54,945 bases of DNA from a virus. Lineage: Duplodnaviria; Caudoviricetes. Where the stretch lies: the IMG/VR virus record IMGVR_UViG_3300047565_000115, positions 1-54,945 of that record; one strand, 5' to 3'. How positions within the stretch are numbered: the first letter of the stretch is position 1; each line of letters begins with the position of its first letter. The notes beneath the pieces were generated by a model. It was not told where the DNA came from. It ran no database searches and saw only the letters and a program-made list of their open reading frames with translations. The position numbers and the translations under genes are program-made. Shown here piece by piece: positions 16,784-27,900 of this stretch.

Positions 16784-17016
16784 TGGCAAAGGCAACAATA
16801 GTAACTTTAGCGTGCAATGGCGTAGATAGAGACTTTGTTATAGATAAAGCAGAGTCTCTATTGAGGTACGAAGCACAAATAAGGCTATCAAATTGGAAAT
16901 TAAAGGACGATAAATATATATTCGAAGATGGAGTTATCAAACGAGCAAATAGTAAGCCTAATCAAAAATCCACTGAATCAGAAGTGGATACGGAGGGCGA
17001 TAACACATCAGAATAG
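16783..17016 (+). CDS. Small hypothetical virion-module protein
   Basis: TAATG coupling; tail overlaps portal start. Confidence 0.65.
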   Translation: MAKATIVTLACNGVDRDFVIDKAESLLRYEAQIRLSNWKLKDDKYIFEDGVIKRANSKPNQKSTESEVDTEGDNTSE

Positions 17017-18706
17017 GCTAAAGTTTCACTCACAAGAAAATATGAGTGAAGAAGAAGCTAAAGAGAATCCTTATTTCAATGAATGGCTAAAAAACGCAAA
17101 GGCAAATCTTTCAGAAGATAAGTTTGCCATGTTCTCGTCTCTTATTGAGTATCCACTTCCTTCAACTGGAGTGGTAGATTCAATAAAAGACCAATACGCT
17201 AAGTTTTTCGAAGCGAAAGACCAGTACTTTGACATTATTACTAAAGATGAATCTTTAAAGAAAGAACTTAAAAGCTACTTGACTTCTATTGGTGAAGAAA
17301 AGTTTTGGAGAGAGCAAGCATTAGACTTGATGTTTTCAAGTGTCAACTCTATTGTACTTGTAAACCTTCCAGTCTTTGATACTGACGAGAATACGACTAA
17401 GCCGTTCTTTGAGATTGTAGAGATAGACATTGTTCACGATGTAAAAACCGAGAACAAGAAACTTGAATACTTAATCTATCGTCACGAAAAGAAAGGAGAT
17501 AAGCAATACTACGTGGTTGTTGACTCCAATTATTACAGGATGTATTGGCAAGATGGTGAAAAGGTTCAAATGGAATCAGAAAGCCTTCATGGACTTGGTG
17601 AAGTTCCTGCTAACTTCTTGTTTCAAGAACCACTTACGAATACTAACGACATTGTAAAAAGAAGCGGTATAAGTAGCGTCTTAGGGAATCTTGACACGTT
17701 CGTAAGGAAATACACCTCTAAGGAGTATCTTGACCTTTATAATTCGTTTCCGATTTATTGGAAGTACGAGGAAGACGAAGACGATGAATTTTTCACCACT
17801 ACCGTTAAAGAAGCGATAGAAGACACTATCAATAATCCGATAGAGGTAGAAAGAATCGCTGCTGGTTTACTTGACGAAAGGAAGAAAAAGAATCGCTTAT
17901 TGGGTGCTGGTACTGTAATAAGTGTTCCTGCCCCTGCCGATAATACCGAACCTGACCTTAGAGACCCAGTAGGTATAATAAGCCCCGACAAGACCTCTCT
18001 TGACTATAATACGTCAGAGGTAGAAAGATTAGAGGACAGAATATACCGAAAGGCAACTGGCAGACCACAAGAAAAAGAGATAGCAGATAGACCAGTTGCA
18101 AGTCAGATACAATCGCAGTACGAAGGAGAAAGAAATGTGTTACTTTGGTTGTCATCTCAATTTTCGTTTTCAAGAGAGTGGCTTGTGGGTACAATATGCA
18201 AAATGTATTCAGACCAAGAAGTTACGGTAACGGCAGACTTCGGTTCAGAGTTCTTTATTGAAGACGAAAAGTCGGTTCTTGAAAACTTCAAGTTATACAA
18301 GGAAGCAGGAGCAAGTCAAGGTGCAATTGGAATGAGAAATGATAGTTTTATTCAAGTGTCTACTAAGGGGAAGCCAGTAGAGCGTGAAAGACTTCAAATT
18401 TTAAAGCATTTAGAGCCTATGCCAACACTTTCATTAGCAGAGGCAATAGAATATGCCACGAGTGACTTTATAGACTTCAAGCAGCTTGATTTAAAGATAA
18501 ACTTTAGTGAGAGAGTAGATAAATTCGAAAGAGAGAACGGTTCAATAATTGCTTATAAGCAAAACGAGCCATTTAGTAAAAAAATAGACGCAATTAAATC
18601 AATATTATATAGTTATGGCAAGGACAAAAAGTTCGACAACGGCCTCGGAAGTAACAAGTCAATGGGGCAACTTGGACAAGGAGCAAAAACAATTACTGCC
18701 AAGTAA
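16928..18706 (+). CDS. Portal protein
   Basis: 592 aa, position before scaffold/capsid, helical composition. Confidence 0.75.
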   Translation: MELSNEQIVSLIKNPLNQKWIRRAITHQNRLKFHSQENMSEEEAKENPYFNEWLKNAKANLSEDKFAMFSSLIEYPLPSTGVVDSIKDQYAKFFEAKDQYFDIITKDESLKKELKSYLTSIGEEKFWREQALDLMFSSVNSIVLVNLPVFDTDENTTKPFFEIVEIDIVHDVKTENKKLEYLIYRHEKKGDKQYYVVVDSNYYRMYWQDGEKVQMESESLHGLGEVPANFLFQEPLTNTNDIVKRSGISSVLGNLDTFVRKYTSKEYLDLYNSFPIYWKYEEDEDDEFFTTTVKEAIEDTINNPIEVERIAAGLLDERKKKNRLLGAGTVISVPAPADNTEPDLRDPVGIISPDKTSLDYNTSEVERLEDRIYRKATGRPQEKEIADRPVASQIQSQYEGERNVLLWLSSQFSFSREWLVGTICKMYSDQEVTVTADFGSEFFIEDEKSVLENFKLYKEAGASQGAIGMRNDSFIQVSTKGKPVERERLQILKHLEPMPTLSLAEAIEYATSDFIDFKQLDLKINFSERVDKFERENGSIIAYKQNEPFSKKIDAIKSILYSYGKDKKFDNGLGSNKSMGQLGQGAKTITAK

Positions 18707-18938
18707 CTTTGACGCATCGAAGCAGTATTTTGTTAAAATGTGGGAAGTAGGTAGAAGTGCAGGACAAGTATTCGTAAGGGACGCTTCGGTTAAGTTCCAA
18801 AGTTTTGACGAAGACACATTTGAGGCTTTCTTTGTACCAGTAGTAGTAAATAAGGTGGAACAACCTTCTACTTATGCAAAGATGGGGTTGAAATGGGAGA
18901 TTCTTCACGACCCGACAATTAAAACAAGCAATATATGA
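18615..18938 (+). CDS. Hypothetical head-module protein
   Basis: Between portal and scaffold; ends ILHDPT. Confidence 0.65.
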   Translation: MARTKSSTTASEVTSQWGNLDKEQKQLLPSNFDASKQYFVKMWEVGRSAGQVFVRDASVKFQSFDEDTFEAFFVPVVVNKVEQPSTYAKMGLKWEILHDPTIKTSNI

Positions 18939-19789
18939 CGTTAGATGAATTAAAGCCTTTATTGGCTGACCAAGAACTACTTACAGGGGTTGTGGGTGTT
19001 CTTAAAGAAAAGGGGTTAGTAGTTAGAACTACACAAGAGGACGCAGAGTTTATCTCTAATTTTGAAAAGAACGCTTTACCTTCTAAGATTGAAGCTGGCG
19101 TTGAAGAAAAAATCAAGTCGAGGATAAGCGAAGTGGCGACCGCAATTGAAAAGGACATATTTGATTCGTCAGGTGTTCCTAAGAACGATGGAGAAAAATA
19201 CTATGACTACGCAAAGAGAGTTGTAGGTTCTCTAAAAGAAAACAAAGGTGGAGACACCGAAAAGTTACTAAGGGATAGATTAGCGATATTCGAACCTAAA
19301 GTACAAGAACTTGAACAACAATTGAGAGAGAAGGATGAACTTGCAAAAGCGGAGATTCTTAATTTCAAGAAAAGTACATTGATAGATAGTGCGACAAGTA
19401 ATCTTCCAATAGCTTACCCTGCTCACTTAACGACAGACGAAGCTAAATTGGAGTATAAGAAAACATTCGAAAGAATAGTAAGGTCAGACTTCGAAACAAA
19501 GTACAAGGCAATTGATAATAATGGTGAAGTAGTATTTTACGAAGGTGACAAACCTCTATTAGATGCTTCCAACGCTTATCAAAAGCCCGAAGCGATAATT
19601 AGAAGTAATTATTCTTACTTTATCGCACCAGAACAACAACCAAAAGGCGGAGTTCCACCAATTAACGGAAAACCGCAAGTAGGCAAAATGTCAGATTCAG
19701 AGTTTGACGCTTTTGCACAACAAAAAGGGCTTGCAGTAGGTAGCCGAGAGTGGGCTAAAGCAAGAAACGAGTCAGTAATATCAGAATAA
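18935..19789 (+). CDS. Capsid scaffolding protein
   Basis: Charged coiled coil, Pro/Gly linker near C-terminus, directly before capsid gene. Confidence 0.65.
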   Translation: MTLDELKPLLADQELLTGVVGVLKEKGLVVRTTQEDAEFISNFEKNALPSKIEAGVEEKIKSRISEVATAIEKDIFDSSGVPKNDGEKYYDYAKRVVGSLKENKGGDTEKLLRDRLAIFEPKVQELEQQLREKDELAKAEILNFKKSTLIDSATSNLPIAYPAHLTTDEAKLEYKKTFERIVRSDFETKYKAIDNNGEVVFYEGDKPLLDASNAYQKPEAIIRSNYSYFIAPEQQPKGGVPPINGKPQVGKMSDSEFDAFAQQKGLAVGSREWAKARNESVISE

Positions 19790-19872
19790 GAAGCTATGGG
19801 ATGGCTTGAATATATAGACATAAGGGGTGTGTCACAACAAAATTTTTTATAAACCTTTTATTAATTATTATC

Positions 19873-20922
19873 ATGGCTGGAATAATAGCAACTGATTTTA
19901 AAAACGCTTTAACCGAATTGGCAAGTGATAGATTCACTATGGCTAACGAAAAGCGTATGCCAATATATGGTGGCTTACAAGCTATCATGGCAGATACGAC
20001 TAATTTGATTACTCCTGCAACAATAGAGAGAGCAAAGAAGTCGGATAGAATGGACGTTGAGATTTCTGTATTGAAGAAATTTACAATGACCAACGTAGAC
20101 GCAGATACTTGTTCACCAAGTGGTGAGGCTTCTGAATCTGATGTAGTAGTACCTACTTACGCTTCTTATGGTTTTGCCGTAAAAGCTAACCCAGAGATTC
20201 ACTACGGAAATAGTGTAGGTTATGCACAAAAATTAGCTTTCGACTTGTTTCAAGGATGGAAGAAAGTTTATGGCAGATTGGACGTGGCAGCTATCGCTAA
20301 ATTGGAAGCAGCGAAACACGCTTTAAGTGGCGTAACTTCTAAGTACTTTGATACTGCTACTGCTGGACTTGCAGAATTAAACGGTGGTCTTGATGCAACA
20401 AGAATCTACGGTTATATGCCTGCTTTTTTGAAGAAGTTGGATATGCAAGGTGGATACTACGAGGTAGCTAACACAGAGGCATTGACTTCTAACTTGCTTG
20501 CTAACGCTTTTGGAGCAGGAAACAACGAGAACAGAGCAGGATTCCAAGGTGGATTGGCTTTGGCTGATAACTTCACTACTTACACTTCTAACAACTTGGC
20601 ATTGTCTTCTGGACTTGACGAGATTAGATATGTATTTGAGCAGGGAACTTTCGGTATGTTGAATTGGAATCGTCCTGCCGTAGTTGCTGGCATGCAAATC
20701 AACGAAGGAGAGACTTGGGGAACAATTACTGACCCTTTCTTCGGTCAAGAGTGGATGGTACACTACAAAAAGTCTTGTACTGACCTTTCAGGAACTTACG
20801 AAGGATTGACTGCTACTATTGGTGAGCATTGGTTGATTTACTCTAACTTCTCATTCTTAGAGGCTTATTCAAGTGATACAACTCAAAGTTGTGTTAAGTT
20901 TGCAGTACCAACTCCTGCTTAA
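19873..20922 (+). CDS. Major capsid protein
   Basis: 349 aa, strong codon bias, follows scaffold, followed by terminator. Confidence 0.75.
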   Translation: MAGIIATDFKNALTELASDRFTMANEKRMPIYGGLQAIMADTTNLITPATIERAKKSDRMDVEISVLKKFTMTNVDADTCSPSGEASESDVVVPTYASYGFAVKANPEIHYGNSVGYAQKLAFDLFQGWKKVYGRLDVAAIAKLEAAKHALSGVTSKYFDTATAGLAELNGGLDATRIYGYMPAFLKKLDMQGGYYEVANTEALTSNLLANAFGAGNNENRAGFQGGLALADNFTTYTSNNLALSSGLDEIRYVFEQGTFGMLNWNRPAVVAGMQINEGETWGTITDPFFGQEWMVHYKKSCTDLSGTYEGLTATIGEHWLIYSNFSFLEAYSSDTTQSCVKFAVPTPA

Positions 20923-20950
20923 TATTTTTAAGAACCTTTTAAAAGCCGTA

Positions 20951-20980
20951 AGGGAAGTGTTTATGGCACTTCCCTTTTTT
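20951..20980 (+). terminator. Intrinsic terminator after capsid gene
   Basis: AGGGAAGTGT-TTATG-GCACTTCCCT + T-tract. Confidence 0.85.
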
Positions 20981-20985
20981 ATATT

Positions 20986-22260
20986 ATGATAGATAACGAA
21001 AGAATTAAGACAGCCTTTTTTGGACTTGTGGGCGTATCACAAACAAGTACCGACTTTCCAAAATTAGATAGCGATATTGTTGCTAATTCGGAATCTATTG
21101 TACTAAACGACTTACACCCTTTCTTTTCCCACGAGAATATTTTTAATTGTGTGAACGGCTTAGATAGGTACGACACACAAGAGGCAAACGTGAGGGCATG
21201 GTCAAGTACTGACGCTTATATAAAAGGTGACTTGGTAAAGGTATCAAATAAAATATTTCGTGCCTTACAAGCAGGAACTAATCACCTCACTACCGATGCT
21301 TTATATTGGGCAGAGACTAATCTTTATTCTAACTACTTTAGAAGAAAGTTAGAGTATGCTTATGTCGAATCGGTAAGACAAGTCATAGACAAAAAAATCG
21401 GTTATAACGCACAAGGCAAAACCGTTGTCAACAATATCGTTTTGTACGATGGAAAAGGTGTTAGCGACCAAGTAGAAAAGAGAGGTCGTTTTGTTGGCTA
21501 TAAGATTAGTGTACTTCGACCAAATATGAAGTTTAAGCTACACAAAATGGCTATTCAGCTATCAGAAGCACAAGAACTTGATATTTATATATTCCAAGCC
21601 AATAACCCTACGGCTATAAGTGTTCAAACGATAGACTTTACTACTCCTTTTAAGATGACAGAGTTTGCTTTAGACGAAGTGACCTTTGGAAGTGAACTAG
21701 AGGGCAACGATTACACTATTGGCTACTATGAGGAAGATTTGGTGGGTTATGCAGTAAAGAGAGATATTGACCTTATTTCACCAAAGGTAGGTTGTTGTAA
21801 CCAATTGTCTTATGGGTACTTTCAGAAGTACAGTCCTTACGTAGACATTAAGCCTATGTACGTGAATAGTGACAACTTGGTAGACAGAGAGCAATCTTGG
21901 TCTTATCAAGAAGAAAACATAATCAACGGCAATAACTTTGGAATGAACATTAACTTTACTGTTCAATGTGACGTTACTGACTTGTTGATTCAACAAAAGA
22001 AACTCTTTAAGACCTTGATAACGCAACAACTTGTGGTGCTTGTTTTAAAGGACTTAATTAACTCCACACGTACAAACACTATGGCAGATAACTTAAGGGG
22101 GTTGGTGCTAACGAATGGCACTATACAGGGCTTTGTGAAGACCGAAGAAGACCGATTAAAGAACAGATTAGATGCAGTGTCGTTAGATATTACAAGTTTA
22201 GATAGCGTTTGTCTCCCTAACGACAGGAGTAGATTCAAAATTAGAACTGGTTCAATGTAA
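20986..22260 (+). CDS. Head completion/adaptor protein with CBM5/12-like insert
   Basis: Position after capsid; AWSSTDAYIKGDLVKVSNKIFRA..YW motif. Confidence 0.6.
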   Translation: MIDNERIKTAFFGLVGVSQTSTDFPKLDSDIVANSESIVLNDLHPFFSHENIFNCVNGLDRYDTQEANVRAWSSTDAYIKGDLVKVSNKIFRALQAGTNHLTTDALYWAETNLYSNYFRRKLEYAYVESVRQVIDKKIGYNAQGKTVVNNIVLYDGKGVSDQVEKRGRFVGYKISVLRPNMKFKLHKMAIQLSEAQELDIYIFQANNPTAISVQTIDFTTPFKMTEFALDEVTFGSELEGNDYTIGYYEEDLVGYAVKRDIDLISPKVGCCNQLSYGYFQKYSPYVDIKPMYVNSDNLVDREQSWSYQEENIINGNNFGMNINFTVQCDVTDLLIQQKKLFKTLITQQLVVLVLKDLINSTRTNTMADNLRGLVLTNGTIQGFVKTEEDRLKNRLDAVSLDITSLDSVCLPNDRSRFKIRTGSM

Positions 22261-22673
22261 TGAATATTTTAAGTACCTTTATTTCTGATAAGTTAGAGCC
22301 TCTAAATATATTGGAGGCTATTGACTTTGCGGTGAAACAACACCACGAAGAATTAGAAGACTTAAACACGATGCAATTGGACAACAACATGGATATGGAG
22401 GGCAAGTCTTTAGGTCGTGGCAAGTTCAAGGTGATTGACTTAAAAAAGACTGGTGATTGGAGACGCAGCCAAAAGGTAACTTCTAACAAGGGAGTAATCG
22501 ACATGACTGCAACGAATTGGAAGACAAGAATACTAATCGAAGGAGAGGGAAGGCAACGAGGCTTCGGTGACGACATATTAGGTATTCCACGAAAAGATAT
22601 TGATAGTGGAGAGGTTAGTGGAATATTATTAGATTCTATTATATTTGAGGTAAAAAGGCAAATAAATGTATAG
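22260..22673 (+). CDS. Neck/tail completion protein
   Basis: DLKKTGDW..ILGI motif and synteny. Confidence 0.55.
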   Translation: MNILSTFISDKLEPLNILEAIDFAVKQHHEELEDLNTMQLDNNMDMEGKSLGRGKFKVIDLKKTGDWRRSQKVTSNKGVIDMTATNWKTRILIEGEGRQRGFGDDILGIPRKDIDSGEVSGILLDSIIFEVKRQINV

Positions 22674-23229
22674 CGAGAAAGAACAAACACCAATAAGTAG
22701 CCCTAAAGGCATAGATAAGGTTATTGCAAATATAAATTTGCAGTTAGGGGATTTGACTTGGCTTACTAAGACTTATCAAAGGGCATGGGTACTAAAAGAC
22801 AGTACCGAAGCACAAAAGTTTGTAGCTAAGATTTATTTGCAGAACGGAGAGTACATCGAACCAATTCCGCAAGACAACGAGATGGGAATATCGGTCGTAA
22901 TGGTAACGTCACCCGAAACAAATCTTATCAATGAACCCAATACGGATACGTTTGAGGCAGAAAAAAGAAGAGATATTGCAATTATCTTTGGGGTTAACCT
23001 AAAAGAGATTGACCCTTTAAAAGATTACGTATTTACCGAGGAACTAAAGGAAGAAGTAGAATTACAACTTGAAAAAGTAGATAGACTACAAGTTAATTCT
23101 TATGTAGACGAGGACTACCGACAAGTATTCGCAGGATTAAATATTACCGAGTTTAACATATTACAATACCCTTATGCAGCTTTTAGATTTAATTGTACCG
23201 TATATTACGGGGGACTCCGTAATTGTTAG
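22666..23229 (+). CDS. Tail terminator-like protein
   Basis: Synteny; QYPYAAFRF C-terminus. Confidence 0.5.
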   Translation: MYSEKEQTPISSPKGIDKVIANINLQLGDLTWLTKTYQRAWVLKDSTEAQKFVAKIYLQNGEYIEPIPQDNEMGISVVMVTSPETNLINEPNTDTFEAEKRRDIAIIFGVNLKEIDPLKDYVFTEELKEEVELQLEKVDRLQVNSYVDEDYRQVFAGLNITEFNILQYPYAAFRFNCTVYYGGLRNC

Positions 23230-23434
23230 TCATGGATTTATTGTGGCGTTCATCGTCACATTAATGTTTAAGTGGAAACTATTCGAAAAATGGAGTTTTT
23301 ATTTTAAATTGAAAGATATTTGTTATTTTTGTTGGTGCTTTTGGTTATCAGTACCTTTTTGCACCTCACTTATTGACTTGATAGTGTGTACAATAGTGGC
23401 TAAATTAATTATAACAATAAATATAGGCGTATGA
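23174..23434 (+). CDS. Small membrane protein with CxxC (CYFCWCFW)
   Basis: Hydrophobic; stop overlaps next ATG; start uncertain. Confidence 0.55.
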   Translation: MQLLDLIVPYITGDSVIVSHGFIVAFIVTLMFKWKLFEKWSFYFKLKDICYFCWCFWLSVPFCTSLIDLIVCTIVAKLIITINIGV

Positions 23435-23793
23435 TATTTTACGATTCAATAAAGGAACTACCTAATTCAAGAAAGATGCTTGCTCAAAAGTACGCTTTGT
23501 GGTCAAGTGGAGTTGGTAATCATATTGATAGCGTAAAAGACAATATTGTACAAGCCCACGCTTTTTTGGGTGCTGAAAAGGTTAAGGACGCAATGGTGTT
23601 CTTGCAAAACGCAGAATTAGGCATAGAAGCCATTTATAGTGAAGAATCATTTGAGGCAAAGGAGTTGGCTTGTTACGTTAAAACGGATGAGGCGTTGACC
23701 GAAGCAAAAATAGAAGAACTTGCTTTTCAGATAGGACAATCAATGACCTATGATGAAATAGAAGAAACTTTGGAGCGTTTAAAAAAAAAGTAG
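23431..23793 (+). CDS. Tail assembly chaperone (gpG-like)
   Basis: Ends in slippery T TTA AAA AAA AAG TAG; upstream of tape measure. Confidence 0.7.
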   Translation: MIFYDSIKELPNSRKMLAQKYALWSSGVGNHIDSVKDNIVQAHAFLGAEKVKDAMVFLQNAELGIEAIYSEESFEAKELACYVKTDEALTEAKIEELAFQIGQSMTYDEIEETLERLKKK

Positions 23794-24155
23794 ATACTGA
23801 ACTTAGGATATATTTTCCTCACAAGTACGAAGACGAGGTTGATATGAACAAAGCAGAGTCTTATAAGACTTTACTAATAAGAGAGGCAGAATATTTAATA
23901 GACCCAAGCGATGAATCAGAGGACAAGTTAAAGAAAGCAAGGTCAACTTATTTAGACTTTCATAAACCCAATATATTTAATCCATTTCATCAAGACAACA
24001 TAGTAAACACATTAGAGTTGAATTATGAAAAGATGATGATAGGATTTGAAGAAAACGGAATAAACGCAAGGTCATACACAGTATTTCAGTTTGAGGTTGC
24101 GATAAAAAAGAACGAGGACGACATAAGTAATATTAAGAGAAGTGAAAATAAATAG
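23778..24155 (+). CDS. -1 frameshift extension of tail chaperone (gpGT-like)
   Basis: -1 frame is open from the slippery site through ORF 23844..24155. Confidence 0.7.
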   Translation, partial: FKKKVDTELRIYFPHKYEDEVDMNKAESYKTLLIREAEYLIDPSDESEDKLKKARSTYLDFHKPNIFNPFHQDNIVNTLELNYEKMMIGFEENGINARSYTVFQFEVAIKKNEDDISNIKRSENK

Positions 24156-24918
24156 TGCTAATTTCTTGACATGGTACAATGCAACAGACGCAGACGTTTT
24201 GCCATTTAATGAGCAAAATTGTGGCTTTGGGCTTGTGGCATGGAATGTGGGAGAGGATATGAGTTTTGTAGTAAACGCAAGCGTAGGACTTCCGTTGTCG
24301 GGTGGATTTACTGTTTCGCTTTGTTCTACTGATAAAACGGTATTATCGTCTTTAGGTTCTATAACTCACTTTACATCAGAAGTTTACGCAGGCAATTACC
24401 TATATGACACAATCGAATGTCCAACCGTTACAGAGGGCTTTTACCTTTTAAAGATAGCGAGTAGTGGCACAACTTTATATTCTAATCCGATATACATCAT
24501 TAATGGGGTGAACGTGGCAAAGACTTCCAAGTTTAAATTTAGACATAAGTTTGCAAAAAATAGCATAGACTACAACGCAACCGAAATGGAGGACTTTTAC
24601 CAAGAGTTTAGATTGTTCTCAAATTTTAATTCTTTGGAGTTCCAACTGACAAAGGACGTTATTAACGACAATGATTCAAATGTACCAAGAGAATATAATC
24701 ACAAGGCAGAATACCAATATAAAGTAAATTTACTAAATTTGTCTTTTGATGAACACCAAGCAGCACACGACATGGTTTCTTGTTCTGAATTATTCATAAA
24801 TGGTATGCCTATGCAAACAGTTGGAGCGTATTCGGCATCAAGGATAAGAAAGGATAATATGAGTGATGGTTCATTCAGCGTAAGTGATTATAATTTAAGA
24901 TATAACAAAAGAGTGTAA
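24142..24918 (+). CDS. Tail protein (distal tail-like)
   Basis: Beta-rich 258 aa in tail module. Confidence 0.5.
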   Translation: MKINSANFLTWYNATDADVLPFNEQNCGFGLVAWNVGEDMSFVVNASVGLPLSGGFTVSLCSTDKTVLSSLGSITHFTSEVYAGNYLYDTIECPTVTEGFYLLKIASSGTTLYSNPIYIINGVNVAKTSKFKFRHKFAKNSIDYNATEMEDFYQEFRLFSNFNSLEFQLTKDVINDNDSNVPREYNHKAEYQYKVNLLNLSFDEHQAAHDMVSCSELFINGMPMQTVGAYSASRIRKDNMSDGSFSVSDYNLRYNKRV

Positions 24919-24955
24919 TTTCACGTAGGGGATAGCGTGGCTAATTTAAGTAGAA

Positions 24956-27900
24956 ATGGCTAATCCAGTTAGACCGAGTGAGATTATAGATATAGAAGGT
25001 CTAAAGCAAGCACTTGTAGACCTTAAAGCTGCTAACAAAGACTACGGTGACAATGCCGAAAAAATGTTAGACGGCTTGGCAAAGCGTGTGGCTGCCTACA
25101 AAAAAGAAATAGAAGATTTAGTTCGTGCCTTATCTGGCAAGAATCCTTCATCAGACTTTACTGAAACTGCAAAAGGCTTAAAAGACTACACTTCGGCATT
25201 AAGTGGATTAGTCGCAGCACAAGAAAGACTAAAGAAGTCAATCGACCTTTCAAACGCAAGCGTTGATGAATTAAAGCAGAGACAAAAAGACCTTACTAAA
25301 GTAACTACAAGTCTTAAAACAGAGACTAACGCCAATACTGACGAGATTCAAGAATACGAAAAGCAACTTAAAGATACGAGTTCTGCCGTAAATCAACTTA
25401 CTTCTACTTTAAAGACTGCCTCAAAGCAAGTTAAAACCGCAAGTGGTTCTTATCAAGAACTTCAACAAAGCCTTACGAATGACGTTATAGCACTAAAAAA
25501 ACTTGAAGGTGCATTTAGTACTACCAATGGAAAGATTGAGGTCAACAAGGCTAAAGTCAAGGAATTAACCGCAGCGATAAAACAAAAGCAAGACGCACTC
25601 AAAGAGGTCGATAAGCAGATGGGTTTTAATCAACGTAACGTTGGTAATTATTCAAGTGCAATGTCTTTCTTAGTGGGTGGTGTTCGTGGTGCTATTGGTT
25701 CATTTGGAACTTGGGGTATAGCTATTATAGCGGTAGGAGAAGCGATGCAAAGTCTTAATTCACTTATACTTGTAGGTGAAGGTCTTAGGAGGTCACAGAT
25801 AGGCGTAGAGAACGTGTCTTCAAGTTCTATGGAGGCAGCAATAAACCTTGACTTCCTTAGAGAAGTAGCAAGTAAATTAGGCTTAGAAATAGAATCTTTA
25901 AATAAGGACTTTAAGTTATTCGCAGGAGCAACCGAAGGTACTGCTTTAGAGGGGGCAAAGACAAGAGAAATTTTTGATGGGATAGCTACGGCTGCTGCTG
26001 CAATGCAACTTACTGTTGATGATGCAAGTGGAATGTTTAGGGCTTTCTCGCAAATGATTTCTAAGAACACCTTGCAAAGTGAGGAATTAAAAGGACAACT
26101 TGCAGAAAGGCTTCCAAGTGCTATTCGTTTGACCGCAGACGCTTTAGGTATAACTACCGAGAAGTTGTTTGAACAAATGAAGTTGGGTAAGGTAATGGCT
26201 GCCGATGTATTACCTTTACTTGCTAAGAAGTTTCAAGAAGTTTATGGTACAGAAGCACTAAAGAACGCAGAGACCCTAACTGGTTCTACCGCAAGGCTTA
26301 GTAACGCTTGGAAGGAATTAATTAATTCTGATACAGGCGGTTTTAGGTCGTTTCTTACGTTCTTTTACAACAAAATGGCTGACTTGCTTACTCTTGCAAG
26401 GGAGTATAATATGTTAGGCACAATGATTAGTGGCATGGCAAAAGTAGGACAAGACCCTAATCAAAAGAAAGCAATATCAGAAAAGAAGGCTGATTTTGCA
26501 TCTAAAGACTTTCAAGGTCGTGCAAAGGATATTGCTACCCAACAAGGCGTAATGAGAAACGCTATTGGAGTGGAGGAAAAGGCTATTCAAGTACGACTTC
26601 TTAATGATATGCTTATTCTTCACAGAGAGCAAACTAAAAGAGAGGTAGAACTAAGAAAAACGGCTGCTGATGGTAAAGCAAAAATTGACAAGGAGGCATC
26701 AGAAAAGGCTGCAAAAGAAGCGGAAAAAGCTGCTAATCAAAAACTAATTAACGACCGTAAGCAATATCAAATTGAGTTAAGGGAGAATCAAGCAAACGAA
26801 AAGAACACTTTGGGTATGCTTGAAGTCTCAATGTTGAAGGGATTGATTACGGAGCAACAATACAACGACCAACGTTATCAAATTGCCGATGCCTTTACTA
26901 ATCAGAGAATAGCACTTACTGATAAATACATTAAGCTAAACGGCAAGTTAGAAGAAGAACTTAGAGACGATGAAGCAAGGAATAACGCTGACCTTCAACA
27001 AAATCAAATTGAGTTCCTAAAACTAAAGGCTTCTCAATTGCGTGACTATTACAAGCAGATTAAAGACGACCTAATCAATTCGTTTACTGGAATTAAAGGT
27101 TCTATTCAAGCTGACATATCGCAGTCAGAATCGGGTAATCGTGGTGCAGTAAATGTAGATAGGATTTCTTTAGAGAAGGAAAAGATTAAAAACTCTTATA
27201 ATCAGTTTGGTCAAGATAAAGCAAGTAGAGCTACTGAAATGGAATTAAGGTCTCTTGGACTTGACTTGAAAGAGACTCAAATGAATCTCAATAACTTGTT
27301 GGGCATTTACAATGAGTACTATGGGAAACTTGCACAAGAGAAGAAGATAGCAATAGACAAGATTAATGCATCTGACGCTACTGAACTTGAAAAAGAAAGA
27401 CAAAAAAAAGAAATTGAGTTCGAATACAGTAAAAGGTATATGGACTTATCTACTGACTACAAGGACAAGAGTGCTGATAAGCAGAAGGAGATTAGCAATA
27501 TCTTGACTGACGTAGAACTTGCCAATGCGGAACTTGTAGCCCAAAAGCAAAAGGAACTCTTTGATAAAAGAATGGAGATGCTTGAAAGTGGCTTACAGAT
27601 AGCTATGCAGATAGAGCAAAGTATCAATCAAGTTCTTGATGCACAAGCCGACAATAGGATGCGTAAACTTGAAAAACAAAAAGAATATGAACTTTCGCTT
27701 GCAGGGGATAATGCAGAGGCTAAAAAAGCCATTGAGTCCAATTATCAGAAAAAGATGGATGAAGAACGCAAGAAAAGGGATAAGAGAGAGAAAATGAGTA
27801 CTATTTTTGAGATAATACTCAATAACCAATTAGCAAAAGTAAAAGCATTAGCTTCGGGTAATATTGCACAATTATTCTTGGCAGGAATAGTGGGACAGAT

